Positions 1-9,485 of a stretch of DNA of 64,000 nt are shown one piece after another. This DNA is from a virus. Below the pieces are notes generated by a model. The model did no database searches and had not been told where the DNA came from. It saw nothing but the letters and a program-made list of their open reading frames with translations. Position 1 is the stretch's first letter; each line of letters starts with the position of its first letter. The DNA is taken from IMG/VR virus record IMGVR_UViG_3300024496_000011; one strand, written 5' to 3'. The position numbers and the translations under genes are program-made.

Positions 1-535
1 TACCTTGTGCTCCAGTAGTACCCTGAGATCCTGTAGTACCTTGTGCTCCAGTAGTACCCTGAGATCCTGTAGTACCTTGTGCTCCAGTAGTACCCTGAGA
101 TCCTGTAGTACCTTGTGCTCCAGTAGTACCCTGAGATCCTGTAGTACCTTGTGCTCCAGTAGTTCCTTGTGCTCCAGTAGTTCCTTGAGTTCCGGTAGTG
201 CCTTGAGATCCTGTAGTTCCTTGGGTTCCATCAGTACCTTGAGTTCCTGTGGTTCCTTGAGATCCGGTAGTGCCCTGAGAACCTGTAGCACCTTGAGTTC
301 CAGTAGTACCCTGAGATCCTGTAGTGCCTTGAGTACCTGTAGATCCTTGAGTTCCGGTGGTTCCTTGAGTTCCAGTGGATCCTTGAGATCCTTCAGTACC
401 TTGTGCTCCAGTAGTACCCTGAGATCCAGTGGATCCTTGAGATCCTTCAGTACCTTGTGCTCCAGTAGTACCCTGAGATCCTGTAGTACCTTGTGCTCCA
501 GTAGTACCCTGAGATCCTGTAGTACCCTGAGGACC
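1..535 (-). repeat. Coding tandem repeat with 36-bp period ([12 protein letters not shown]), with degenerate stretches
   Basis: tccagtagtaccctgagatcctgtagtaccttgtgc recurs every 36 nt (e.g. starts at 11, 47, 83, 119). Confidence 0.9.
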
Positions 536-952
536 TACTTGCTGAGTAAATGTAACATCTGCAGTAGTACCATTTGCAGATGCGGTTACTCCTAGACCAA
601 TAAAATTAATTGAAGTAAAAGTTGTACCTATACCAACACCTTCTTCTTTTATCTGAATTCCAGTAAGAGAATTATTGATAATTTGAGTAATGGTTTGAAT
701 ACTATCAATATCTTGCCAATCTACACCAGTATTTGTAGATACTAAAATCTGTCCAGTATTTCCTGATGAATTATCTTTATCATAAACAGCGCCACGAACT
801 CTAACACCACCATTTACATCTAACGATGTAGTTGCATTTGTGGTTCCAATACCAACCTTACCAGTAACCTCAAGTACTGTATTACTCTCGGTATAAGAAG
901 AAATACCAATCTTAAGATTTTTTTGACGGTTGCTGATATATCCTTTTGGCAT
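1..952 (-). CDS. Collagen-like fibre protein, 5' part (continues past the window start)
   Basis: Not in the ORF track because it runs off the window edge. ATG at 952 reads [20 protein letters not shown]...[24 protein letters not shown]..., then uninterrupted Gly-X-Y triplets ([12 protein letters not shown]) from ~555 to the edge. Confidence 0.85.
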   Translation of the reverse strand, partial: MPKGYISNRQKNLKIGISSYTESNTVLEVTGKVGIGTTNATTSLDVNGGVRVRGAVYDKDNSSGNTGQILVSTNTGVDWQDIDSIQTITQIINNSLTGIQIKEEGVGIGTTFTSINFIGLGVTASANGTTADVTFTQQVGPQGTTGSQGTTGAQGTTGSQGTTGAQGTEGSQGSTGSQGTTGAQGTEGSQGSTGTQGTTGTQGSTGTQGTTGSQGTTGTQGATGSQGTTGSQGTTGTQGTDGTQGTTGSQGTTGTQGTTGAQGTTGAQGTTGSQGTTGAQGTTGSQGTTGAQGTTGSQGTTGAQGTTGSQGTTGAQG

Positions 953-961
953 TGTTCTATA

Positions 962-1291
962 TTAGTTGAGGGTTTCTAGAATACTTGCAATAAATTTTAA
1001 ATCGGTTGCATTACTACCTGATAGTACTAATTTATCTCCACTTTCAAGAACTAATTTTCCTGCAAGAAGATTTGCAGTATCACTTGCAGAAATTGGATAG
1101 TTCTTCAACATTTCAGTATCAGTCGAACTTCTTCGATGAAGTAAAGTCACATCAGCAGAGTTTGCTCCAATATTTGTGACTTGTGCTAAAAGAACTACGC
1201 CAGTATATCCAACTGGAGCAGTGTATACCTCCGTTGGACTTGTTGATACTACTGCGGTAACTGTTTGGAATACATTGAGTGCTAAAGCCAT
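962..1291 (-). CDS. Small beta-rich virion structural protein (109 aa)
   Basis: Clean ORF packed between fibre genes; beta-strand-like pattern; no catalytic motif. Confidence 0.6.
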   Translation of the reverse strand: MALALNVFQTVTAVVSTSPTEVYTAPVGYTGVVLLAQVTNIGANSADVTLLHRRSSTDTEMLKNYPISASDTANLLAGKLVLESGDKLVLSGSNATDLKFIASILETLN

Positions 1292-1295
1292 TTTT

Positions 1296-2876
1296 TTATT
1301 CTCCTAATGCGAGTATAAATGGTGTTATTGTAGAGAACAAACTCTTAGAATAGAATGTTCCACTGATTGTTCCAGTTTGTTGATTTATAACAACACCATC
1401 ACCTATTCTAAAATTTCCAGATTGATCTGTTGAGGTATAAACAACAAGACCACCATTACGAGCATCAGTTTCATTTGCTTGAATTGGTACTCCACCAACA
1501 GCAGGAAGAGCACTTGCAATTGTCACCCCACTTCCAATATATTCAAAAGAATGACCAGATGCTAAAATACGACTTTGTTTAAAAAATGGGACCGTTGTTC
1601 CAACACCAACAGCATAAGGAACATTATCAGTTAAAGTAATTGTGCAAATTCCAGAAATTACTGGAGTGGAACTTTGAATTACATAATATGTTGGAAGTAA
1701 TGAAATAGATGCAGTTGCAGTGTTAACCCCAACATTTGGTGTAGATATGGTTATTGTTGGAGTGGTTTCATATCCTCTCCCACTAGAAACAATTTCAATT
1801 CCAGTAACACTCCCATTTTTAATTTCTGCAACTGCTTGAGCTTGAACTCCCCAAGAAGTAGATGGTGGAGAAATTGTAACTGTGGGTGTTGAAGTGTACC
1901 CTGTTCCGCCGGATGAAACTACTACTCTTCCAATAGTATTATATAAATTACCAAAATAAACTACTTGACCATCAAATGGTCTGGTGTTTCCTAAACCAGC
2001 TAAAACAAATTCACTACTATTTGCCGAAGCATATGTAGTGACAATACCTACAAATTGTTCTGATCCGACTCCATCTGCAACTAATCCATAATTTCCAAAA
2101 GATGAATTTGAGTTTGTTAAATCACAAGCACCACCGGAACCACAATAAACTGCAATATCATTGCAAATAGTGAAAAGTGAAACTAATTGCGCATAACCAT
2201 TGTTAGTAATTGAAACACCAATACCACCTTGATTGTATTGAGTATATGAATCAAGAACCATTGATTTCAAATCACCGCTCGCATGATTTCCATCAATTTT
2301 CATTCCAATGCTATTTGGAATGAAATTAGTACAATTTTGAATATATGGTGATTGTGTGATTGTTCCAGCACCAACTGGATTAAATGCAAATATTGATTTA
2401 CCAGAATTCAGAGTGCCTGTATAAGACATCTCTGCAATATAGTTTCCTGTTGTCACATAAAACAAATCTTGATTTGAATTTTGTGGAGATACTGATACTT
2501 CCCTTAGACTATCTCCAACAATTGAAACTTGTTCTGGTAATGAAAGAGGATTATTCTCTACATAAGATCCAGCACTAACTTTAATAACTGTTCCTGTTGA
2601 TGCTGCTGTGAGTGCTGCTCCGATTGTTCTTTTTGCGTCTCCAAGTTTTTTTCCTGTGTTGGAGTCGCTTCCGTCTTGTGTGACATATAAAATATTAGTA
2701 ACTGTTGCTCCAGCACCGAGTCTTACAATATCGGTGCCAATACCTGCGCGTTCTCTACGAGCAAATAACTCTGCATCATAAGTATTAAGTCCTAATTCCC
2801 CCAAAGGTAAATCATTTACCGTTGGTTTCTTTCCGGGAACGGCCGATCGTTTAATTCTTAGATTAGGATTTGTCAT
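1296..2876 (-). CDS. Virion structural protein with probable parallel beta-helix core (526 aa)
   Basis: YVTQDGSDSNTG...KRTIGAAL and G.Y.E motifs typical of beta-helix N-termini; SGHSFEYIGSG motif shared with the 1818-aa protein; late promoter ATAAATA at 2934-2940. Confidence 0.7.
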   Translation of the reverse strand: MTNPNLRIKRSAVPGKKPTVNDLPLGELGLNTYDAELFARRERAGIGTDIVRLGAGATVTNILYVTQDGSDSNTGKKLGDAKRTIGAALTAASTGTVIKVSAGSYVENNPLSLPEQVSIVGDSLREVSVSPQNSNQDLFYVTTGNYIAEMSYTGTLNSGKSIFAFNPVGAGTITQSPYIQNCTNFIPNSIGMKIDGNHASGDLKSMVLDSYTQYNQGGIGVSITNNGYAQLVSLFTICNDIAVYCGSGGACDLTNSNSSFGNYGLVADGVGSEQFVGIVTTYASANSSEFVLAGLGNTRPFDGQVVYFGNLYNTIGRVVVSSGGTGYTSTPTVTISPPSTSWGVQAQAVAEIKNGSVTGIEIVSSGRGYETTPTITISTPNVGVNTATASISLLPTYYVIQSSTPVISGICTITLTDNVPYAVGVGTTVPFFKQSRILASGHSFEYIGSGVTIASALPAVGGVPIQANETDARNGGLVVYTSTDQSGNFRIGDGVVINQQTGTISGTFYSKSLFSTITPFILALGE

Positions 2877-2936
2877 TCAATCCTCGCATTTTTGGTATTT
2901 ACCGTAGAAAACTCTTATATAAGAGTTATTGATTAT

Positions 2937-3140
2937 TTATGAAAAATCTTCTTCTTGTTTTGTAGTTCTTTTTTGTTTTTGTGATAATTTTTCAACTTGC
3001 AATTGTAAAGAAGAAACCAATTTATTAAGCTGCTCAATTTGAGTTTCTAATACCACATTACTATTATATAATTCAAATGTTTTTTGTTGATATTTTGCAA
3101 GAATTGCCTTTAAGTCTTCTTCAGTCATAAAAAAATACAC
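2937..3140 (-). CDS. Small coiled-coil hypothetical protein
   Basis: Heptad-like L/I/Q/E/K pattern; CTAAATA late promoter at 3156-3162. Confidence 0.6.
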   Translation of the reverse strand: MYFFMTEEDLKAILAKYQQKTFELYNSNVVLETQIEQLNKLVSSLQLQVEKLSQKQKRTTKQEEDFS

Positions 3141-3160
3141 CCAGTTTCCTGGGTGTATTT
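3129..3160 (-). terminator. Rho-independent terminator
   Basis: Minus strand AAATACACCCAG-GAAA-CTGGGTGTATTT followed by a T run, just after the 3180 stop. Confidence 0.85.
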
Positions 3161-3179
3161 AGGATTATCAAATCAAATA

Positions 3180-5696
3180 TCAGAAAGTACCTGCATCAAC
3201 GGTGATATTCTCAAGGAATCTTTCAGTTCCTGTGCAGGAAATAACTTGAGATTGTCCAGCACAATCATTTACCCAAAGTGAACCGATTTCAATAGGAGCA
3301 AAAGTAGAAACTGTGATTTGTGGATTATTAACTCCAGTTCCACCACCATCACTGATTACAGAACCAAACTTAAATCTTCCGTCTCCGTGTTCCCATACAA
3401 CTGCAGATTGCTTTGCGCTATCAGTATAATAGTTGAAGAGAACTCCAAGGTCCCAAGTTGTCGCAGTTGATGGTGCTGCACCATCAACAATACCAAGTTG
3501 AATGGTACGATCTTCTACGGTAAGTGTAGAAGTATTAACTTGAGTTGTGCTACCATTTACATAAAGATTTCCACTAACAGTTAGGTTTGAAGAAACTCCA
3601 ACATTACCGGTAGCATCAATTGTAACTGCTTCTGTTCCATTTGAATGTTGGATGGTTGCAGTTTTAATTGTTGGTGAACTTAATGAAGTACCAACAACAA
3701 CTGCATTGGGAAGACCAACTGTAATTGTTTGAGCTGAAGTAGATGTTTCAATCTCATTTGCAGTTCCTGCAATCGTCAGAGTTTGTGAAGTATTGACAGT
3801 GCTTGAACCACTATCAGCACTCAATCCAAGAGTTAAATCAATGTTTCCAATTTGTGTATCAACATAATCAATAACGGCTGATGAGGTAGGAACTGAAGAT
3901 GTTGAAGTTCCCGAACCAACTGCAGATGAGAATTGGGTAATACCAACCCCGCTTCCTACAGTAAGATTGGTTGTAGTTAGAGCAATACTTACATTTACAG
4001 TATCTAATTCAGTATGACCAGAAATATCCGCACCACCATTACCATCAATTAATCCAGATACTGTTGCTATTCCAGACGCATTAATATTTCTAGTAGAAAT
4101 ATCTTCCCCAACAGATGACCCACCAGAAGTAGAACCAATAGTAACAGAACCAACTGTTAATGTTCCACCAACATAAACCGACTGATTAAATGTTGCAACT
4201 CCAGATACAGTGATGGTATCAGAACTATTATCACCAAGATTTACATTTCCTGCAAGAGTGGTAATTCCAGCAACATTTAAATTGCCAGTAAAAGAAGCAT
4301 GTTGTGTAGTAAAGGTGTTTGTTGCTGGATTGTAGTATATACCATTATCGGTATATACAGTTTCATTTGTGGCAGAACCATTGTTTGCATCTACAAATGT
4401 CACATAATAATTTGCATCGCTATCAGATGCAGTAACAGTTTTAACTTGATCTGCCGAAGATACATTACCAACTAAAGAACCATAAAAAGTTGATGCAGTT
4501 ACTGAGGTGTCACTAATAGTAACTCCAGTTCCGACAGCAAGACGAACACCATTTGCCATCGTGGTGGTGCCAATAGCAACACCATAATTGAAAGCAAAAG
4601 CATCAGTACTAAATCCAAGAGTTCCACTCTTGAACCACATCATTTGCTTGTAAGTATCTGGAAGTGTATTAATTCCAGAAGAGGCAAATGGAACTAATGG
4701 AGTTCCTTCAGTAGATGCAATTGCAACACCTGCATGATTTGCAGTTGTGTCATTTGGTGTTATTGATGTGGTATATCCAAGAACGATATCCTTATTTTGG
4801 ATAAAAACATCTTCGCCTAGTAATGTAATTGTGGTTCCACCAACAGTTACATTACCGTTGACATTCAAATTAGTATTAATCTGTACACTTCCAGTAAATA
4901 ATGCACCATCATTACAAACAATAGAACCAAGTGTTGCTACACCATTAGTATAAATATCTGCCCATCTTTTTCCAGAAGTACCTAAATTATAACTACCAGT
5001 ATCACTAGGAATTAAACTCGATTTAAATTCGCCAGCAACTACAATATCGTCAGTATCACTATCACCGAGATTAATCTGACCGCCATAAAATGTTACTGCA
5101 CCATTAAAATATGATGCGCCAGCCACAGAAAGTCCTGCACCAACGCTAAGATTTTTCTCAACACCTACGCCACCATCAATTTGAACAGCGCCAGTATTAA
5201 CATCACCTAAAGTATTGTCAGTTGTATTACTAAATGTAGTAATACCGGAAAAATCAGAATTTGTATTTACATCAAATAAAGTTCCATTTACAGTGGTGAT
5301 GCCAGTTAATGTCGGATTTGAGAAATTACCATTTGTACCACCAACAGTATCCCATGAAAGAGTTCCGTCTGAAGCAACTTTTAGGAAATATCCGTCAACA
5401 ATTGAGTTAGTATCTGGAAGAACATATGTACCGACGCCTGCTAGAGAATCGGGTGCTTTTAATGTAATAAATCCAGATCCATTTGAAGTTCCTTCAACTA
5501 GATTGAGTCCACTACCAGTTGAAGTTGTTTCTCTTTTCCAATAACGATGTGAACCAAAGAATTTATTAGTTGCTGTGTCTGAGGTTAAACCTACATATAG
5601 GTCATAAGTATCTGTTGTAAATCCAGGTTCACCTGCCCTAAGAGCTGGCAGATTAGCAAGAAGACCTCTTTTAAACTGTAAAACAGGAGCTGCCAT
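3180..5696 (-). CDS. Tail fibre-like structural protein (838 aa, Thr/Gly/Ser/Val-rich)
   Basis: N-terminal LQFKRG...GEPGFTTDT motif (major-tropism-determinant N-terminal type); repeated VSGIATF/VAGITT beta motifs; late promoters at 5709-5715 and 5724-5730. Confidence 0.75.
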   Translation of the reverse strand: MAAPVLQFKRGLLANLPALRAGEPGFTTDTYDLYVGLTSDTATNKFFGSHRYWKRETTSTGSGLNLVEGTSNGSGFITLKAPDSLAGVGTYVLPDTNSIVDGYFLKVASDGTLSWDTVGGTNGNFSNPTLTGITTVNGTLFDVNTNSDFSGITTFSNTTDNTLGDVNTGAVQIDGGVGVEKNLSVGAGLSVAGASYFNGAVTFYGGQINLGDSDTDDIVVAGEFKSSLIPSDTGSYNLGTSGKRWADIYTNGVATLGSIVCNDGALFTGSVQINTNLNVNGNVTVGGTTITLLGEDVFIQNKDIVLGYTTSITPNDTTANHAGVAIASTEGTPLVPFASSGINTLPDTYKQMMWFKSGTLGFSTDAFAFNYGVAIGTTTMANGVRLAVGTGVTISDTSVTASTFYGSLVGNVSSADQVKTVTASDSDANYYVTFVDANNGSATNETVYTDNGIYYNPATNTFTTQHASFTGNLNVAGITTLAGNVNLGDNSSDTITVSGVATFNQSVYVGGTLTVGSVTIGSTSGGSSVGEDISTRNINASGIATVSGLIDGNGGADISGHTELDTVNVSIALTTTNLTVGSGVGITQFSSAVGSGTSTSSVPTSSAVIDYVDTQIGNIDLTLGLSADSGSSTVNTSQTLTIAGTANEIETSTSAQTITVGLPNAVVVGTSLSSPTIKTATIQHSNGTEAVTIDATGNVGVSSNLTVSGNLYVNGSTTQVNTSTLTVEDRTIQLGIVDGAAPSTATTWDLGVLFNYYTDSAKQSAVVWEHGDGRFKFGSVISDGGGTGVNNPQITVSTFAPIEIGSLWVNDCAGQSQVISCTGTERFLENITVDAGTF

Positions 5697-5735
5697 CTTT
5701 TTACCGATATTTAGATGTAATATTATTTAGTTTTT

Positions 5736-6035
5736 TTAAAAACCTCCCCCGTCCAAATCTATTCTATTATTAAGATCAACATCTAGTTGATTTTTAAAAT
5801 CTGTGGGTAATCCTGGTTGTGTTGTTTCTGTAGTTGACGAAGCAGAAAGAACAACATCGGGATTTACTGCTTTATATTTTCCGGTAGCAGAATCATACAT
5901 GATAAGGTATTTATCTTTAACTCCAGATACATCAACATCTAGGAGTTCATTTAAAGTTCTTGCCATAACTACACCTGATGCTACAGTTGCTTTAATTTTT
6001 TGTGCTTGGGATTTTACTCTTACATTGATAGTCAT
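5736..6035 (-). CDS. Small virion-associated protein (99 aa)
   Basis: L.DL.DVDV...YL.MYD..TGK motif and terminal DLDGGGF typical of fibre-associated proteins; ATGA overlap with the upstream ORF. Confidence 0.55.
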   Translation of the reverse strand: MTINVRVKSQAQKIKATVASGVVMARTLNELLDVDVSGVKDKYLIMYDSATGKYKAVNPDVVLSASSTTETTQPGLPTDFKNQLDVDLNNRIDLDGGGF

Positions 6036-6367
6036 ACGGATACAGTTTCCTCTACAATTACATTTCCTTGTAAAACTTTTGATTTTATACCACCAGAAGA
6101 TGTAATAATGATGTCATAATAACATCTTCCGCTCGGTAAAGTTGCAGTAACAGCATTACTCATAGAAATTTTAACTGTACTATCTGATACTGTAGTCAAA
6201 GTTGAAAATGTATAAGCAACTCCTGCTGTTGGGTGTTTTCTCAATTTCGCTGTAGTAGTAGCACCTGTTAAATTCAATCCCAACCCATCTTCAGCGGTTA
6301 GAGAAAAAGTCTCTTCAAAATAAGTTCCCTTATGTATTGTTAAGTTTACCGCAGATACTGCAGCCAT
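6032..6367 (-). CDS. Small Ig-like/BppU-N-like structural protein (111 aa)
   Basis: NLTIHKGTYF...YYDIIITS.GG...KVLQGNV.V pattern; late promoter ATAAATA at 6391-6397. Confidence 0.55.
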   Translation of the reverse strand: MAAVSAVNLTIHKGTYFEETFSLTAEDGLGLNLTGATTTAKLRKHPTAGVAYTFSTLTTVSDSTVKISMSNAVTATLPSGRCYYDIIITSSGGIKSKVLQGNVIVEETVSV

Positions 6368-6393
6368 CTTTTATCTTTAATATTATCAATTAT

Positions 6394-6756
6394 TTATTCC
6401 GAATAAAACTTTATCTCTTTGTACTCTGAATTGCAGAGATCATTAATCTTTCTCTTTATCTCTGCTCTCTTATCATTAGTAATATAAACACTGCGAGCAA
6501 GTTCAATAAATCTTTCACCAAAATCTTGTTTCTTTTCCAGTTCTCTTAATTCATCTTCAATCTTCCAAAGTTTTTGATTCACTTCTCGCAATTCATTCAT
6601 ATACTCAAGAGTGAATTGAGTGATTGTACTTTTAATCAGATTCAATTCATCAAGTTCTTTGAGGACATATTCATTGTCGGTGAACAACGATTTAATCTCA
6701 AGAATTGAAATCTTATCTAATAGTTCACCAACTGACACTGGAATTGTGATTTTCAT
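6394..6756 (-). CDS. DUF6165-like protein
   Basis: MKITIPVSVGELLDKISILEIK...VNQKLWKIEDELR...ELARSVYITNDKRAEIKRKIN matches the DUF6165 pattern as recalled. Confidence 0.75.
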   Translation of the reverse strand: MKITIPVSVGELLDKISILEIKSLFTDNEYVLKELDELNLIKSTITQFTLEYMNELREVNQKLWKIEDELRELEKKQDFGERFIELARSVYITNDKRAEIKRKINDLCNSEYKEIKFYSE

Positions 6757-8291
6757 AGAGGATTATCTAGATCAAAATTAGACTTAATAAATTCAATAAG
6801 TTCTTTATTTTTAGAAGCAACTCCAAGACCAAAAGTATGAGTAAATGTTACTTTTGGTATATCAAGTTCTTCAAAGAACTTCTTCACTCCATATTGATGA
6901 CCATTCAATTCTTCAACACAAGTATCGTGGAAAAGAATTACTCCATTCTCTTTTAAGAAAGGACTCCAAGTTTCATAATCGTGCTTGACGGATTCATATG
7001 CATGATCTCCATCAATATGAAGAATATCAATTTGCTTATCCCAAGTTTTTGCAACATCATCAAACAAACCTTTAATGAAAGTTACATTGTCTTTCATAAA
7101 GAGTTTCTCTTGTTTATTCAAAACATATTCATAAGATCCCTGTGGAGCTGGACCAGTAAATATATCTCCCTCAAAAGTATCAACCCCATAAACATGACCA
7201 ATACGAGGCATACCAAAACAGAAGGTAGAAAATCCTCTATCAACTCCGAGGTCAACAGTTACTTCTGGTTTGATTTGAGTTACTAACCATTCAGCAAATT
7301 TACGATGTCCTCTCCAACAAGAAGGAACATCTTCCAAATTAGTCAAGAATAATTTATCAATAGCATCAATTCTTTCCGAAGAGTGTAGTAAATCTGGATT
7401 AAATCCAGTTGCAAAGATTGTAAGATTTGGATTATTCAATCTTGTAGAAAGTTCAAACAAATATCCAAATGCTTGTGACAAATGAGAACCTCCCATATTC
7501 ATTCCTTCACTGACTGCGTGGAATGCATAGTTCATTCCTCGTTGGAAATCACCAGTAGAAAGTAAGATTTGACTACAACGAATGAAAGCAGTAATTCTAA
7601 AACTATCAAAGTATGGTTTAGAAACATTCAAAAACTCTTGACCATATTCAAGTGCTTTCTCTGTGTTCTTCACATTAAAATAATGATTGAAAATAAACCA
7701 AATCCAATACCAGTTGGATGGATCTTTCTTATGCTCTCTTTCACAGATTGAAAAGTAAAAGAGTTCTTTGTCTATGGTCTTATGAATTTTTTTAGTAATC
7801 TTAATTGTTGTATCTACACTATTTGGATTTAAGTATTCTTCTGTTGGAACAAAGTTAGGAACTTCATGAACAGCATTGACCCAAATATAATTCTTTGTTC
7901 TATGAAACCTTGTATGAACCTCATTAGATTGAACTGGATCTCCTTTACCATTATCATCAAATCTTAAATGATTAAAGGTAGTGAACTCATCAGCAATCAC
8001 ACCAAATCCTTCTGGATAAAACTCATCTACATCTTCATTAAAGTCAAGTGCAAATGCCCAATCAGTTTCAACATAAGAAAGTGCCTGATTTCTTGCAACT
8101 GAAAAATCAAACTCTTCTCTTGTTTGTGGATGCTCATAGACTTTAATACCAGCATCTTTGAGTAGTTGAACCGTGTTGTCTGTACTTCCAGTATCAACTA
8201 CAACTACATCGTCAAACTTCTTTGAGTTTTTAAGAAACTTTTCAATATTTTTTTCTTCGTTTTTTGCAATTGCGTATAGTGTTACTTTCAT
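6753..8291 (-). CDS. GT2 glycosyltransferase / helical repeat / class I SAM methyltransferase (Methyltransf_24-like) fusion
   Basis: N-term IAKNEEKNI...VVVDTGSTDNT...FDFSVARN (GT2). C-term VDLGVDRGFST and IDILHIDGDHAYESV...GVILFHD (methyltransferase). Likely start 8291 (ATGA overlap), not 8306. Confidence 0.85.
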   Translation of the reverse strand: MKVTLYAIAKNEEKNIEKFLKNSKKFDDVVVVDTGSTDNTVQLLKDAGIKVYEHPQTREEFDFSVARNQALSYVETDWAFALDFNEDVDEFYPEGFGVIADEFTTFNHLRFDDNGKGDPVQSNEVHTRFHRTKNYIWVNAVHEVPNFVPTEEYLNPNSVDTTIKITKKIHKTIDKELFYFSICEREHKKDPSNWYWIWFIFNHYFNVKNTEKALEYGQEFLNVSKPYFDSFRITAFIRCSQILLSTGDFQRGMNYAFHAVSEGMNMGGSHLSQAFGYLFELSTRLNNPNLTIFATGFNPDLLHSSERIDAIDKLFLTNLEDVPSCWRGHRKFAEWLVTQIKPEVTVDLGVDRGFSTFCFGMPRIGHVYGVDTFEGDIFTGPAPQGSYEYVLNKQEKLFMKDNVTFIKGLFDDVAKTWDKQIDILHIDGDHAYESVKHDYETWSPFLKENGVILFHDTCVEELNGHQYGVKKFFEELDIPKVTFTHTFGLGVASKNKELIEFIKSNFDLDNPL

Positions 8292-8983
8292 AGATATGTG
8301 CTCCAATCAATACAGGGTGATAAAAAGTCTTTATGTGCGTGTGTAGAATAACCAGGAATACTTGAAATTAAATTTCTTCCTCTCTTATGTAGTTCTAAAA
8401 ATTTACCGTGATCTGCGGAAGGTTCAAAACCAGTTGAGAAGTGTTTATGAACTTCTTTATCTTCTTTGAGTGTCTTGAACTTAACTGCAAAAGTATTAGT
8501 CGTAGAAGGAGTTGGCATCCAGTGAGAATACTTTGTTGCAAGAACTTTTGACATAAAGTCTTTATACATCTCCTGATACTTATCTCCGTGATCATACAAA
8601 GTTACATATTGAACAGGTAGAGTAAATCCATCTATGAGGGCTCTATCCCAGTTTGGACGATGTACATAATCATCTTCAAGGAAATAAATGATTGTATCAT
8701 CATCAAAGTCTTGTGAAAGAATGTGGTCCAGTGTCTTACAGAAACTTTCACTTTCTTTACCGCAGTTGATTGTAATAGAACTTTCATCTTTGAGAAATGT
8801 ATCTTCCTGCTTTCCATAACACTCATCAAAGATGATTGTGTAGTTGGTGGTTTCTGAGTTGAGTGTATTCTTGAAGTTTTGGAATACCTTTTCCTTGTCC
8901 CACCACTCTGGACGATTTGCTCCTGAAAGATTTACTTTGGATGTATAGCAATGTCTTAAAAATACTTCAATTTTCATTTTCAC
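8288..8983 (-). CDS. GT-A-fold glycosyltransferase-like protein (231 aa)
   Basis: IIYFLEDDYVH acidic motif after a hydrophobic strand; YVTLYDH.DKY; position in the GT cluster. Confidence 0.6.
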   Translation of the reverse strand: MKMKIEVFLRHCYTSKVNLSGANRPEWWDKEKVFQNFKNTLNSETTNYTIIFDECYGKQEDTFLKDESSITINCGKESESFCKTLDHILSQDFDDDTIIYFLEDDYVHRPNWDRALIDGFTLPVQYVTLYDHGDKYQEMYKDFMSKVLATKYSHWMPTPSTTNTFAVKFKTLKEDKEVHKHFSTGFEPSADHGKFLELHKRGRNLISSIPGYSTHAHKDFLSPCIDWSTYL

Positions 8984-9485
8984 ACTTCCTAATAAATTCG
9001 TAGATGTTGTTTGAACACAATAATTTAAGATGTTGATTAATCTTTTCTTCTTCCCAATCCCACCACTTGATTTTTAAAAGTTTTTCAATAGCATTCTTTT
9101 CAAATCTATGTTTAATAAATTTTGCAGGATTTCCACCAGTAATAGAATATGGTTCTACATCTTTAACTACATGACTATTATATGCAATAACTGCTCCATC
9201 CCCAATAGTTACTCCACTCATAATAGTTACATTGGATCCTATACAAACATCATTTCCAATTGTCACATCACCATTTGATTTGACATTTCCTTTACCATCA
9301 AAAGTATTAAAAATATCACAATGCATACTACCAAAAGGATAAGTTGTTATCCAATCTGTTCTATGATCTGCCATTAAAATAATATTACAGTTTTCTCCAA
9401 TGGAACAAAACTTCCCTATATGAACCTGTTTATTTCCAGGATGATGAATACTCATCCTTTCTAAACCATAACTATACTTACTCAT
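8967..9485 (-). CDS. Hexapeptide-repeat O-acetyltransferase (CatB/Vat-like xenobiotic acyltransferase family)
   Basis: IGKFCSIG...H...ITTYPF...VTIGNDVCIG...GVTIGDGAVI...KDVEPY...GGNPAKFIK.RF...WWDW. Confidence 0.9.
   Translation of the reverse strand: MSKYSYGLERMSIHHPGNKQVHIGKFCSIGENCNIILMADHRTDWITTYPFGSMHCDIFNTFDGKGNVKSNGDVTIGNDVCIGSNVTIMSGVTIGDGAVIAYNSHVVKDVEPYSITGGNPAKFIKHRFEKNAIEKLLKIKWWDWEEEKINQHLKLLCSNNIYEFIRKCENEN

Noticed and set aside
5-595. Plus-strand 196-aa Cys/Ser-rich ORF
   Set aside because: Antisense shadow of the collagen repeat on the minus strand; the periodic sequence simply lacks stops.
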